Shown: positions 9,881 to 20,081 of the stretch, piece by piece
Layout of the letters: each line of letters opens with the position of its first letter
How positions within the stretch are numbered: the first letter of the stretch is position 1
Assembly (NCBI GenBank): GCA_024278375.1
Contig: JAJRTH010000093.1
Location: forward strand, 1 to 62,906
Direction of reading: 5' to 3'
DNA length: 62,906 nucleotides
DNA from: an archaeon
Lineage (GTDB): Archaea; Thermoplasmatota; Thermoplasmata; WALJ01
Notes under the pieces: model-generated
Told to the model about the DNA's origin: nothing
Seen by the model: the letters and a program-made list of their open reading frames with translations, nothing else
The model's database searches: none
Position numbers and translations under genes: made by a program

Positions 9881-11101
9881 TTGAATCTCTCCGAAACGGT
9901 CGAATCTCTGAAGGATGAAATGGTAAAGGCGATGGTGGAGATGCTGAGAATAGAGGCAATAAGCCCGGAATCTGGGGGGAAGGGGGAGCTAAAAAGGGCC
10001 GAGTTCCTTGAGAAATGGATGTCTGGATTCGGTTTCGACGAGATAAAGAGATGCGATGCGGAGGACTCCAGAGCGGAGGGAGAGGTCAGGCCGAACATAA
10101 TCGCCACGATATACGGGAAGAACAGAGAGCGCACAATCTGGGTGATAAGTCACATGGACACCGTTCCCGTGGGGGACATCTCCAAATGGGAAACCGACCC
10201 GTTCGACCCCGTAGTCAGGGACGGGAAAATATACGGCAGGGGAGCGGAGGACAACGGACAGTCCCTGATAGCGTCCATGTACGCTGCAAAGGCTATAATC
10301 GATTCCGGAATGAAACCGGATTACAATTTCTCTGTGGCGTTTGTCTCGGACGAGGAGACTGGAAGCAAGTACGGGATACAGCACCTTGTGAAGCTCGGAC
10401 TCTTCAAAAAGGACGACCTCGTGGTGGTTCCTGATCACGGTGTGCCGGAGGGAAATGAGATAGAGATAGCCGAGAAATCTATTTACTGGGTCAAAGTTAC
10501 GACATACGGAAAACAGACGCATTCCAGCATACCACATACGGGAATCAATGCGCTCCGTGCCGGCTCCAGATATCTCGTTGAGGTTGATAGAGCCCTACAC
10601 GAAAGGTTCTCCGAAAGGAATGAGCTGTTCAGTCCGCCTATATCCACCTTCGAGCCTACGAAAAAGGAGGAAAATCAGCCCAACATAAACGCCGTTCCCG
10701 GTGAGGATGTTTTCTACTTCGATATGCGCATAATACCGGAGCACAATATAGCCGACATAATGGGTCTGATGAACGAGGTCGCCGAAAGGGTTTCGAAGGA
10801 GACCGGCGCCAGGATAGTCCCGGAGGTTTACAGGGGAGAGCAATCGCCACCGCCTACACCCCCCGATTCCGAGGTTGTGATGAGGCTGAGCAGGGCCATA
10901 GAAAAGGTTAGAGAGATAAAGCCCAAATTGGTCGGCATAGGTGGGGGAACCTGTGCGGCATACATAAGGCAGGCCGGAATCCCTGCGGCGGTGTGGAGCA
11001 CGATAGATGAGACCATGCATCAGGCTAACGAGTACTGCAAGATAGAGAACCTGGTTAACGATGCGAAGGTGTTTGCGCTCCTCGGGTTTCGGCAGATCTG
11101 A
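9881..11101 (+). CDS. M20 family metallohydrolase (DapE/ArgE-like)
   Basis: SHMDTVP, YGRGAEDNGQ, DEETGS; TTG start after a GGTGA RBS. Confidence 0.9.
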   Translation: MNLSETVESLKDEMVKAMVEMLRIEAISPESGGKGELKRAEFLEKWMSGFGFDEIKRCDAEDSRAEGEVRPNIIATIYGKNRERTIWVISHMDTVPVGDISKWETDPFDPVVRDGKIYGRGAEDNGQSLIASMYAAKAIIDSGMKPDYNFSVAFVSDEETGSKYGIQHLVKLGLFKKDDLVVVPDHGVPEGNEIEIAEKSIYWVKVTTYGKQTHSSIPHTGINALRAGSRYLVEVDRALHERFSERNELFSPPISTFEPTKKEENQPNINAVPGEDVFYFDMRIIPEHNIADIMGLMNEVAERVSKETGARIVPEVYRGEQSPPPTPPDSEVVMRLSRAIEKVREIKPKLVGIGGGTCAAYIRQAGIPAAVWSTIDETMHQANEYCKIENLVNDAKVFALLGFRQI

Positions 11102-11136
11102 GGGAAATTTTTTTAAACCGTAGCGGATGCATCGCC

Positions 11137-11799
11137 ATGGCAAGAAGAAGGCACGAGAAGGAAGAAGAGGAGGAGAAAGAGGTCTTCACTCCTCCGGAGT
11201 TCGACGAAAAGGAGTATATACACAAGGAGGTCAACAAATCAAAAGCCAGCATAGCGATAGTCTTTCTCGGTCTGATTTTTGCCGTGCTGTCCACCGTTGT
11301 TTTTCTCAGCACCCTCTCATGGGCTTACGGCGCTCTGATTGGCCTTTCCGGCTTCTTTTTCTTCAAGTTCGTATACCCTCTGTTCAGGGTCGATGTTTTC
11401 ATTCTGGAAAAGAAGGACTATCTCGCACATGGCTTCGTCTATCTCTTCACATGGCTTGCAATCTTCATACTCTGCATAAACATGCCGTTCGCAGACCTTA
11501 CCGGCCCTTCGATATATGACGTGCATCTCCAGGGATATCACAACGATACATGGCTGCCCTACAACACCACCGGAGATTTCTCGGCCTACAGGATAGTCGC
11601 CACCGTGACCGACAACTCCGACATAGTCTCCGTTGAAATCAGGGAGTTCAACAACGACAGCTGGGCTGAGATGGAGAAACTGGACGATATCAGATATTAC
11701 TTCTCGGTGCCGTCTCCGCCGGAAACTTCCATGAAGTACTACATAAAGGCCACAGACGCCAACGGACACGAGACCACCATATCCTGGAAAATGGCCTGA
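11137..11799 (+). CDS. Hypothetical membrane protein
   Basis: PPEFDEKEYI N-terminus, three hydrophobic segments, beta-rich C-terminal domain. Confidence 0.75.
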   Translation: MARRRHEKEEEEEKEVFTPPEFDEKEYIHKEVNKSKASIAIVFLGLIFAVLSTVVFLSTLSWAYGALIGLSGFFFFKFVYPLFRVDVFILEKKDYLAHGFVYLFTWLAIFILCINMPFADLTGPSIYDVHLQGYHNDTWLPYNTTGDFSAYRIVATVTDNSDIVSVEIREFNNDSWAEMEKLDDIRYYFSVPSPPETSMKYYIKATDANGHETTISWKMA

Positions 11800-11841
11800 T
11801 CTGGCCAGAAAAGTATAAATTTATGTTGAAGATGACGCTCT

Positions 11842-12138
11842 ATGCCAACAGAAGAAGAGATTATGGAAGCTCTTAAAGAGGTCTATGACCCGGAGATAGG
11901 GCTGAATGTGGTCGAGCTCGGGCTCATATATGGTGTTAAAGTCGAAGGAAAGAAGGTAAAGGTAACCATGACCCTGACCGTCCCCGGCTGTCCCCTCGCA
12001 CAGACTATAACAGAGTATGTGGGCAGGAGAATCCATCAGATGGAAGATGTGGAAGATGTGGATGTCGAACTTACCTTCGACCCGCCATGGAGCTTGGAAA
12101 GGATGACTCCGGAAGCGAGGAAGAAGATAGGACTGTAA
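11842..12138 (+). CDS. DUF59/SufT-like Fe-S cluster assembly factor
   Basis: VYDPEIGLNVVELGLIY, TLTVPGCP, FDPPW. Confidence 0.92.
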   Translation: MPTEEEIMEALKEVYDPEIGLNVVELGLIYGVKVEGKKVKVTMTLTVPGCPLAQTITEYVGRRIHQMEDVEDVDVELTFDPPWSLERMTPEARKKIGL

Positions 12139-12168
12139 GTTTTATATTCCCTATTTCCATCCTGTTCC

Positions 12169-12684
12169 ATGCCTGAATTCGTGGACGAGGACCTGAAAGT
12201 AGAAGCCGCTCTCTTTTCCGCAGGTAAGCCTCTGAGCATCGCCGAGATAGAAAGAATAACCGGCGTAGGAAGGAGAAAGGTTAGAAAGGCTCTAGATTTT
12301 CTGATGGAGGAGTATGCTTCGAGGGATACGGCCATAGAGATAGTCAAGATAGGCAACAAGTACTCCATGCAGCTGAAGGAGAAATATGCGGGCATAGCAA
12401 TGGAGGTCGTTCCGATGGAGCTTCCCAAGGAGGTTCTCAAGACCGCTGCGCTCATAGGCTATCATCAGCCGGTCAAGCAGGCGATGCTGGAGGAAATGGT
12501 GGGATCAAGGGTGCTGGAGCACATAAAAATCCTCGAGGATATGGGTCTGATAAAGAAAAAAAGGGAAGGGAGATATATGGTCGTCCACATCACGCCGAAG
12601 TTTGCGGAGTACTTCGGGCTGGAAGGTGCGAAACCCGAGGACATAAAGAGAATACTGGCTGAGAGGGCTGGACTAGATGGGTAG
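12169..12684 (+). CDS. scpB: SMC-Scp complex subunit ScpB
   Basis: VEAALFSAGKPL, LKTAALIGYHQPV, TPKFAEYFGL. Confidence 0.9.
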   Translation: MPEFVDEDLKVEAALFSAGKPLSIAEIERITGVGRRKVRKALDFLMEEYASRDTAIEIVKIGNKYSMQLKEKYAGIAMEVVPMELPKEVLKTAALIGYHQPVKQAMLEEMVGSRVLEHIKILEDMGLIKKKREGRYMVVHITPKFAEYFGLEGAKPEDIKRILAERAGLDG

Positions 12685-13267
12685 GCTTCCGGAGAACGGA
12701 GTTGCCTATGAGACGATAGTCATCACGGAAAACAGACATACGAATGCCACAGCGCTCTCCGCAACCAGAAAAGGCGAGCACATACTCCTGCGCTCCTTCA
12801 AAGGCTCCAACACCTTCGAGAACCTGAGAAAAACGGAAAAATTCTCGGTAAATTACATCTCTTCGGAAAACAAGGAGGCGTTCATAAAGGCCGCCGTGAA
12901 GGGCTGGGGGGACGAGGAAAGAGAATTCTCAGATGAGGAAATATCCAAGAGATACGGGTTTCCTGTCCTGAAGATCGCCTCGGGTGTTGCTATATGCACT
13001 GTTGAAGACAGAGAGCTTGAAAGGGTGGAGGACGAGATAGGAGAAACCGAGGTTCTGAAGGTCAGAGGAAGAATTGTGCTCTGGGAAGGGGGCGCGGAGA
13101 ATGCCATAAAAGTGGGTGAGGACAGGAACATAATGGCTCTTGTCGCATACACGAGATACCTTATATCTGAGGGAGAAGTGAGGGGAAAGTACCGGAAAAG
13201 AGCCATGGAGTTGGCAGATGATAGGGATGTGGTGGGAAAGTGGGTGATTAGAAACCTACAGCCCTAA
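12677..13267 (+). CDS. DUF447 family protein
   Basis: YETIVIT..N, FKGSNTFENL pattern. Confidence 0.7.
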   Translation: MGRLPENGVAYETIVITENRHTNATALSATRKGEHILLRSFKGSNTFENLRKTEKFSVNYISSENKEAFIKAAVKGWGDEEREFSDEEISKRYGFPVLKIASGVAICTVEDRELERVEDEIGETEVLKVRGRIVLWEGGAENAIKVGEDRNIMALVAYTRYLISEGEVRGKYRKRAMELADDRDVVGKWVIRNLQP

Positions 13268-13291
13268 TAGTGTACACTCTTTCTTTTTCTT

Positions 13292-14098
13292 TTACTTTTT
13301 AAAAACATGCCCACAATACGGGCAGAATTTTGAATTTAATGGTATTTTCTTTCCGCAATCTGGGCAAAGTTTGGCTACCGCTTTTTTCTTTTTGGTTTTA
13401 GATTCTTTTCTTTTTTCTGTAACAAAGTCTGTGGTATCATCTTCCATATTTTCATCGCCGGTCATAAAGTCCTCTGTTTCATACTCCTCGAACTCTTCTT
13501 CAGGGATTGTTAAATCAATGTCAAAATCGTCATAGTGTTCGTTTGTATTTTGCTCAAAATTCTTATATGTTTGTGGAATTACTTTCATATGAACCTTGTT
13601 TTTAGGTTTATTTGATACAACATAAGAATTTTTATATCTGATTTCTTTTATCTCTCTAAGTTCCTTTTCTCTTCGGTAATCTTCTCTCATTTTTCTATGA
13701 AGTGCTTCTCTTTCTTCTTTATTATTAATTATATCTATATAAATAGATATAACTATCGATAAAATGAATCCTAGAGATACTATACTTGGTCCAACACCTA
13801 TTATCCATTCTAAAGAGTCTGGAATATTTTGTTTTATAGATAAAATTATATTTCCATTAATATATAGTCCTATTATAGAAACTATTATGCAAAAACTAAC
13901 CCTTTTTATTTGGACTGTGAATAATAACATTAACGCTAGTATAACTATCACTAAATATGCAATAGCGCCTATGTTATATTTCCAAATGAGATCTATACCA
14001 TTCACAGAGTACATTTCTGGAATTACAAACCATGGTAGAAACACCCCAAAAAGCGAAATTATGCTGCTAAACACACCTGCCAAGTATCTAGGTTTCAC
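13292..14098 (-). CDS. Membrane protein with acidic linker and C-terminal zinc ribbon
   Basis: Four N-terminal TM segments, CPDCG..CPYCG; DNA visibly AT-rich. Confidence 0.75.
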   Translation of the reverse strand: MKPRYLAGVFSSIISLFGVFLPWFVIPEMYSVNGIDLIWKYNIGAIAYLVIVILALMLLFTVQIKRVSFCIIVSIIGLYINGNIILSIKQNIPDSLEWIIGVGPSIVSLGFILSIVISIYIDIINNKEEREALHRKMREDYRREKELREIKEIRYKNSYVVSNKPKNKVHMKVIPQTYKNFEQNTNEHYDDFDIDLTIPEEEFEEYETEDFMTGDENMEDDTTDFVTEKRKESKTKKKKAVAKLCPDCGKKIPLNSKFCPYCGHVFKK

Positions 14099-14174
14099 AG
14101 AAGAGCATCGAATTCTTATATTTAGATTTTTCGTTATTTCTAGCAGTATTACAATTTACAAATCACCTAGAATC

Positions 14175-14771
14175 TTATATCGAGAGAAACACCGATATCA
14201 GCACAGGCACAGCCATGCTCAGCACAGAGCCGTTGTAAAGCCCCCACAAAATCGCCTCCTTTCCCGAGAATCTGGTTATCAATGGCAGTGTGGTGTCCAT
14301 AGCGGTGGCTCCTCCCATCGCTATGGAAACCTCCGAGGGGGCGCGCTCTCCGATGAGCGGCACCGTGAGATAGGTCATTATCTCCCTGCCTATGTTTGAG
14401 AGGAAACCGAGAGCGCCGTAAATCGGTGACACAACTGATATCATGGGGCCTGCGAGGGAATACCAGCCGAGGCCTCCGGCAACAGCGAGGGAGAATTTCA
14501 GCGGGACTCCTGTCACTGCGCCTGCGGCAATCCCACCCAGGAGCGCCCCCGATATGGAAAACACAGGCAACAGCAGCGGCGATTTCCTTCCGCTCTTAAG
14601 GGCCTTCTTTATCGGTTCCGGATTGTATCCAACCGCAATTCCTATGAGAAGCATCAGGATGTAGAGGAATGCCATGCCGGATTGTGAGTAAAACAGAGAA
14701 TGCTCCGGCAGGAGATATCCGACTAAAATGCCCGAGAGCAGCGCTCCCCCCGTATACCTAATCACGGGCAA
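14175..14771 (-). CDS. LysO/DUF340 family exporter, large part
   Basis: GLGWYSLAG, SNIGREI, GGATAMDTTLP. Confidence 0.88.
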   Translation of the reverse strand: MPVIRYTGGALLSGILVGYLLPEHSLFYSQSGMAFLYILMLLIGIAVGYNPEPIKKALKSGRKSPLLLPVFSISGALLGGIAAGAVTGVPLKFSLAVAGGLGWYSLAGPMISVVSPIYGALGFLSNIGREIMTYLTVPLIGERAPSEVSIAMGGATAMDTTLPLITRFSGKEAILWGLYNGSVLSMAVPVLISVFLSI

Positions 14772-15021
14772 GCCTCCTGAGAATCACAGCTCCCAGAATG
14801 GAGCCGAGAACAGTGAGAACCGCAAAAATCACCGACTGATAACCTATCAGAAGAGCACTGCCCCTAACGCCGGGGCTTGCGCCTATGGATGCACCCATGA
14901 AGAATATCAGAAGAATAAGAGGCAGTGTTATGGAGCGCTCGTCTCTGAATTTCACGCCCGTTTTCCTGAGGAGAGCTCCGAGAAGAGCGCCGAACAGAAG
15001 CGTAAGAACCAGATAAAGCAT
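14758..15021 (-). CDS. LysO/DUF340 family exporter, small part
   Basis: Hydrophobic 87-aa ORF with LLIFFMGASIG; overlaps its partner. Confidence 0.78.
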   Translation of the reverse strand: MLYLVLTLLFGALLGALLRKTGVKFRDERSITLPLILLIFFMGASIGASPGVRGSALLIGYQSVIFAVLTVLGSILGAVILRRLARD

Positions 15022-15050
15022 GGGAGCGAATGAGCGAAGGTATTTTTCTT

Positions 15051-16298
15051 TTACCCGTAGAACCTCTCAGCCATCTCCCTCGCCCTCCTAATGGCCTCCT
15101 CCTCGCCGTCTATCCTCCTGTTCCTCATCAATGTCCTTCCGTCACAGATGACCGTGTCCACAGCGCTCCCATTGGCAGCATAGACCGCACTCGATTCCCA
15201 GTTATGCATCGGCGTCATCTCAGGAATGTCTGATCTTATGAGGATTATGTCCGCCAGATATCCTTCTTCTATCTTTCCGGCGTTGAACCCGAGGGCCTGA
15301 GTGCCCCATTCCGTTGCCATCTTTAGGGCCTCGTGGGCAGGCAGAGCCGTCGGGTCTCCGGATAATTTCTGCAAGAGCGCTGCCGTTTTCATCTCCTCGA
15401 GCATGTCGAGATTGTTGTTGCTCGCCGCTCCGTCTGTGCCTAAAACGGGTTTTATTCCGTGCTTCCTCATCCGGGAATAGGGCATTGCCCTACCAACAGC
15501 GAGCTTCATATTGGATGCCGGATTGTGCGAAGGCCAGACACCTCTTTTCGCGTAAATCTCAATGTCCCTGTCATCGAGCCATACGGAATGCGCGGCGATT
15601 ACATCGCTTCCCAGGAACCCCATGGAATCGAGGTATTTCACCGGGCTCATGCCATGCTGCTCAAATGAATCTTTTACCTCCTTTTCTGTCTCAGAGACAT
15701 GGGTATGGAGCCTGAGCCCTTTTTCTCTGGCAAATTCGGCGCTCCACTCCAATCCTTCTCTGGAAACGGTGTAGATGGCATGAGGGGCGACCGCTGCCTT
15801 TATTCTGGGATTGTTCATGGTTTCAACGAATCTCACGAATTTTTCCGTCTCCTTTATCTCGTTCTCCCTCTTTTCCTCATCGAAAAGGTCGATGAAACCG
15901 TAGCCGAGGAGAGCCCTTACTCCCGAATCCTGGACAGCCCTTGCGACATCCTCCATGAAGAAGTACATATCGTTGAAGGCCGTTGTTCCCGACTTTATCA
16001 TCTCGATTATGGCCAATCTTGTTCCCCAGTAGACCATCTCTCCGTCCAGTTTTGCCTCGGCGGGCCATATCCTGTTCTGAAGCCATTCATGGAGCGGCAT
16101 ATCATCCCCGTAACCTCTGAGAAGAGTCATCGCAGCATGGGTGTGGGTGTTCACCAGACCCGGCATGGCAATCGTATTCGCCCCGTCTATTACCTCATCC
16201 GCCTCCGTAATCCTTCCAATCTCTGAAATCCTGTTTTCTTCGATGTATATATGAGATTCCTTACCACCGAGGAGCGTGTTTTTTATCAAAATTGACAT
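15051..16298 (-). CDS. mtaD: Amidohydrolase, MTA/SAH deaminase-like
   Basis: PGLVNTHTH, HTHVSET, HNPASNMKL, GTDGAASNN. Confidence 0.85.
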   Translation of the reverse strand: MSILIKNTLLGGKESHIYIEENRISEIGRITEADEVIDGANTIAMPGLVNTHTHAAMTLLRGYGDDMPLHEWLQNRIWPAEAKLDGEMVYWGTRLAIIEMIKSGTTAFNDMYFFMEDVARAVQDSGVRALLGYGFIDLFDEEKRENEIKETEKFVRFVETMNNPRIKAAVAPHAIYTVSREGLEWSAEFAREKGLRLHTHVSETEKEVKDSFEQHGMSPVKYLDSMGFLGSDVIAAHSVWLDDRDIEIYAKRGVWPSHNPASNMKLAVGRAMPYSRMRKHGIKPVLGTDGAASNNNLDMLEEMKTAALLQKLSGDPTALPAHEALKMATEWGTQALGFNAGKIEEGYLADIILIRSDIPEMTPMHNWESSAVYAANGSAVDTVICDGRTLMRNRRIDGEEEAIRRAREMAERFYG

Positions 16299-16396
16299 GA
16301 TTATGGCAGAGATTAACGGTATATGAAGATTTTGGATTGCTCCCTCCATTCCTTAGCCCTACACAGAAAGCATATAATACAAAAAGAATTGAGGCT

Positions 16397-17041
16397 ATGA
16401 TGCGTATAAAGGTCGCTACCGATTCGGAAACCCTCATAATCGCACCCTTTCTCCTAGGCCTTACATGGTTAGGTCTCGGGCTCATATCCTGGCCTGATGC
16501 CTTCTGGATTCATCTTTTTGCCTTCCTTTTACTGATCGCCGTCTCTGTCTTTTTTCTGCTCTTTTTCCGGGACCCTGAGAGGGTAGCGCCCACCGAAGGC
16601 ATTGTTTCTCCCGCAGACGGGGTTGTGAAGCACATAAAAAACGATGGTGGGGCCGTCAGGATTGCCGTGTTCATGAACGTTCACAACGTACACGTTAACC
16701 GCGCTCCGATGGACGGAAGAATCACGGATATCAGGCATGTCTTCGGCGGATACCTCCCTGCGTTCAAAAAGGAGTCCGAAAGAAATGAGAGAACCTACAT
16801 AACCATGGACACCGAAATCGGAAGGATTGAGATTGTGCAGATTGCCGGAGCCATGGTAAGAAGGATAGTGACCTATGTCAGAGAAGGAGATGAAGTGAGG
16901 AAGGGGCAGAGGATAGGCATGATACGGTTCGGTTCGAGGGTGGATCTGATACTGCCCGGGAAAAAGGTTAAAGTGATGGTAAAGTTAGGAGATAAAGTGA
17001 AGGCAGGTGAAAGTGTAATTGCGCTCCTCACTGAAGTTTAA
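16397..17041 (+). CDS. psd: Archaetidylserine/phosphatidylserine decarboxylase
   Basis: FFRDPER, SPADG, VHVNRAP, RFGSRVD self-cleavage motif. Confidence 0.92.
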   Translation: MMRIKVATDSETLIIAPFLLGLTWLGLGLISWPDAFWIHLFAFLLLIAVSVFFLLFFRDPERVAPTEGIVSPADGVVKHIKNDGGAVRIAVFMNVHNVHVNRAPMDGRITDIRHVFGGYLPAFKKESERNERTYITMDTEIGRIEIVQIAGAMVRRIVTYVREGDEVRKGQRIGMIRFGSRVDLILPGKKVKVMVKLGDKVKAGESVIALLTEV

Positions 17042-17762
17042 CAGAATCTCCGCGGCGGATGCCATATCCGCACTAAACGGCCTTTCCGGCTTCATAGCCG
17101 TGATTTTCTTCGTGAACGATCTCATACTGGCCGGTTCGCTGTTCGTTGCGCTCTCGGTCCTTCTGGACGGTTTCGACGGCGTGGCCGCAAGAAAGTACGG
17201 AGTACGCCATGAAAAGGGGCCTCAGATAGATTCCATAGCCGACACCGTATCCTTCTGTGTTGCACCAGCCACGGCCCTCTATTCCGCCTTTTACGTACCC
17301 GGTGCCCCCTATTCTCCGCTATCCCTTCTTACGGTTCTCGCCTCAGCTCTGATAGTTTTCATGGGCATAGTTAGGCTAGGAACCTTCTGCGACGAGGGAC
17401 ATCTCATAGACCATTTCAGCGGCCTTCCCACCCCTGCTGCGGCCATGGTGGTGCTCTCCTCCATCCTAGTTTTCAGAGAAAAAGGTATCGTGCACTCTCC
17501 CTATACAGGTGTGGGTCTGGCTGTTGTTATCTCCATGGCAATGGTCCTGAAAATCGATTATCCCAAGGCTCGCGGAAGACTGGCCCTGATATCGGGTCTC
17601 GTCCTCTCTTACTTCATCATATCCGCGCTTCTCCTTCTGGAAGGTGTTGAGAGCGTGTTCCTGTCCGTTTCCCCTGTTTTTCTTCTGCTAAGCACAGCTC
17701 TCTATGCCGTGCTCGGACCCGTGTACTGCTCAAGAATCAGGGATAAATCCTCCTGCCCATAG
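17019..17762 (+). CDS. pssA: CDP-alcohol phosphatidyltransferase (archaetidylserine synthase)
   Basis: DGFDGVAAR..G..IDSIAD motif, FSGLPTP; adjacent to psd. Confidence 0.85.
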   Translation: MRSSLKFNRISAADAISALNGLSGFIAVIFFVNDLILAGSLFVALSVLLDGFDGVAARKYGVRHEKGPQIDSIADTVSFCVAPATALYSAFYVPGAPYSPLSLLTVLASALIVFMGIVRLGTFCDEGHLIDHFSGLPTPAAAMVVLSSILVFREKGIVHSPYTGVGLAVVISMAMVLKIDYPKARGRLALISGLVLSYFIISALLLLEGVESVFLSVSPVFLLLSTALYAVLGPVYCSRIRDKSSCP

Positions 17763-18327
17763 CCTCCACGGAATTATAGTATATCTCCATTATCCGCATG
17801 AGGTATGCCGGGCCCCACCTCTCTCTTTTTCCGTGAAAGACATCGTGGAGTGCGTTTACAAATTCAAAATACGGGCCGTCCTCATGTATCTCTGCCTTGC
17901 ACCGTACTTCGTAGCTTATGGAGGTCGGCATGTAGTACAGGAGAGTTATGTCGCTCCCCGCCCTTACATTCTCGTATGTGTGCTTTTTTGCAAGCTCCAG
18001 GCTCGTCAGAAGGGAAAAATCGATCTTCTCCTCATCGTATATTTCATCTCTGAGAAATCTGGCGACTTCGGCCATCCTCGGTGTGCCGACAAGCCTCTCC
18101 TTCATCTTTTCAAGGGTTTCTTCGAGAAATTCCTCCCTGTGGACGTATCCGATCCCCTTTATCGAGCCGTTGAGACCTGCAGGGCCGTCGGTTATGAATG
18201 CCGGGTTGTGTCTTGTGAAACCTATCGTGAAGTCGAAGCTGTCTGCCCTGCCCTGTATAATTCTGTCAAGGAGCGCTCTTCTCTCGAAAAATGCCCATCC
18301 GTGAAAACTTTACATTCCGGGGTGCAT
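17737..18327 (-). CDS. Putative pyridoxamine 5'-phosphate oxidase-like protein, interrupted by in-frame TAA at 18310-18312
   Basis: GGAGG RBS and ATG at 18327, then MHPGM*SFHGWAFFERR..GLNGSIKGIG.. continuing in frame into ORF 17737-18105. Confidence 0.65.
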
Positions 18328-18384
18328 GTTCCTCCATCCCAAAACGATATAAAGCATTTGTTTATCGGTTGGAGCAGTGATATT

Positions 18385-20010
18385 ATGGTCGAGACGATAG
18401 GAGATTTGCTGAAAAAGCAGGCTGAGAGATTCCCGGACAGGTTGGCGGTGAAGTTCGGCGAAAGGGAGATCACCTATGCCGAGCTGGATGAGATGGTGAA
18501 CCGCCTCGCATACGCACTTTTCAAGATGGGTGTAAAGAAAGGAGACAAGGTTGGTCTCTGGTTGCAGAACATCCCTGAATGGGTGGTCGGCTGGTTCGCT
18601 GTTCCCAGGATAGGAGGCGTGGTCGTTCCCATGGACACCTGGTACAAGGCCTCCGAGGCTGAATACATACTCGGTCATTCGGAATCCGTTGCCGTGATAA
18701 CCTCCGAGAGGCACGGGAAAATAGATTTTGCGAAGATGTTGGGGGAAATAAGATCAAACCTTCCAGACCTGAAAAATGCCATATTTGTCGGAAATGCCCC
18801 GGAATGGGGCATGAGCTTCGAGGATGCCCTGAAGATGGGTGAGGAATGGGAGAAGGACGAGGGATATGAGAAAAGAAGGAGGTCTCTGAGCCTGGATGAT
18901 GTCACCTTCATCCTCTACACCTCCGGAACAACTGGAAAACCGAAAGGCGCCATGCTCACCCACTACAACATAGTTCAGAATGCGCTGGACACCGCCAACA
19001 ACCTGAGGGCCACCGAGGAGGACAGATATCTCGTTCAGGTGCCGTTCAGCCACTGCTTCGGCTGCGTTCTAGGCATAACCGCCGCGGTCAACAAGGCGTC
19101 CGCCATAATTCCCCTGCCCGTGTTCACACCAGAGAACAGCCTGAAAGCCATAGAGGAGAACAGGGCGACGATAGTCCACGGTGTGCCTACGATGTTCATA
19201 AGGATGCTCGAAATACTCAAGACAAAGAAGTACGACATGAGCAGTATGAGAACGGGCATAATGGCAGGAGCACCGTGCCCCGTGGAGGTCGTCAAGGCGG
19301 TCAAGACCGAGATGAACATGGACATACTCATTGCCTATGGATTGACCGAGGCATCTCCCGTGATAACGATGACGAGCTTCGATGACAGCGACGAGCTCAA
19401 GGCGGAAACCGTTGGAAAAACCATACCCGGAGTATGTGTCAAGATGGTGGATGACGAGCATAAGGAGGTTCCCATGGGAGAGATGGGAGAGCTTGCCTGC
19501 AGAGGATACAACGTGATGGTCGGATACTACAAGAGGCCCGAGGCCACTGCGGAAGCGATAGACGAGGAAGGCTGGCTTTACACCGGCGATCTGGCCACGA
19601 TAGACAAGTACGGCTACGTGCGAATAGTGGGAAGAAAGAAGGAGATGATAATAGTCGGCGGATTCAATGTATATCCAAGAGAGATAGAGGAGTATATCAG
19701 GGAGTTCGACAAGGTTCAGGATGTTGCGGTCGCCGCCGTTCCCGATGCCGAGCTCGGTGAGGTGGTGGGTGCGGCCATAATTCCGAGAGAGGGCGTTACA
19801 ATCGAACCCGTTGAGATCGTGGACTTCTGCTACGGAAAGATAGCGAGCGCCAAGGTTCCGAGATATGTCATAATCGTCAACGAGCTGCCGATAAGCGGAA
19901 GAGGAAAGGTTCAGAAGTTCCGCCTGACGGAGATGTTCAAGGAAAAACTGGAGAAAGGCGAGATGGAGAAGCTGGTACCGACCGCGGTTAAGAACAAAAA
20001 GAAAAGCTGA
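18385..20010 (+). CDS. AMP-binding acyl-CoA synthetase
   Basis: LYTSGTTGKPKG, YGLTE, TGDL; real start MVETIG at 18385. Confidence 0.93.
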   Translation: MVETIGDLLKKQAERFPDRLAVKFGEREITYAELDEMVNRLAYALFKMGVKKGDKVGLWLQNIPEWVVGWFAVPRIGGVVVPMDTWYKASEAEYILGHSESVAVITSERHGKIDFAKMLGEIRSNLPDLKNAIFVGNAPEWGMSFEDALKMGEEWEKDEGYEKRRRSLSLDDVTFILYTSGTTGKPKGAMLTHYNIVQNALDTANNLRATEEDRYLVQVPFSHCFGCVLGITAAVNKASAIIPLPVFTPENSLKAIEENRATIVHGVPTMFIRMLEILKTKKYDMSSMRTGIMAGAPCPVEVVKAVKTEMNMDILIAYGLTEASPVITMTSFDDSDELKAETVGKTIPGVCVKMVDDEHKEVPMGEMGELACRGYNVMVGYYKRPEATAEAIDEEGWLYTGDLATIDKYGYVRIVGRKKEMIIVGGFNVYPREIEEYIREFDKVQDVAVAAVPDAELGEVVGAAIIPREGVTIEPVEIVDFCYGKIASAKVPRYVIIVNELPISGRGKVQKFRLTEMFKEKLEKGEMEKLVPTAVKNKKKS

Positions 20011-20081
20011 TTAACCTAACTCCAGCTCTCTTTCATTATTTTTGTGCCCGTTCTGCTTTTGCCTGTGGAAAGTCTGTCTTT

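Noticed and set aside
17704..18384. N-terminal extension making a 768-aa acyl-CoA synthetase
   Set aside because: It overlaps an opposite-strand gene; the enzyme-like sequence begins at the ATG at 18385.
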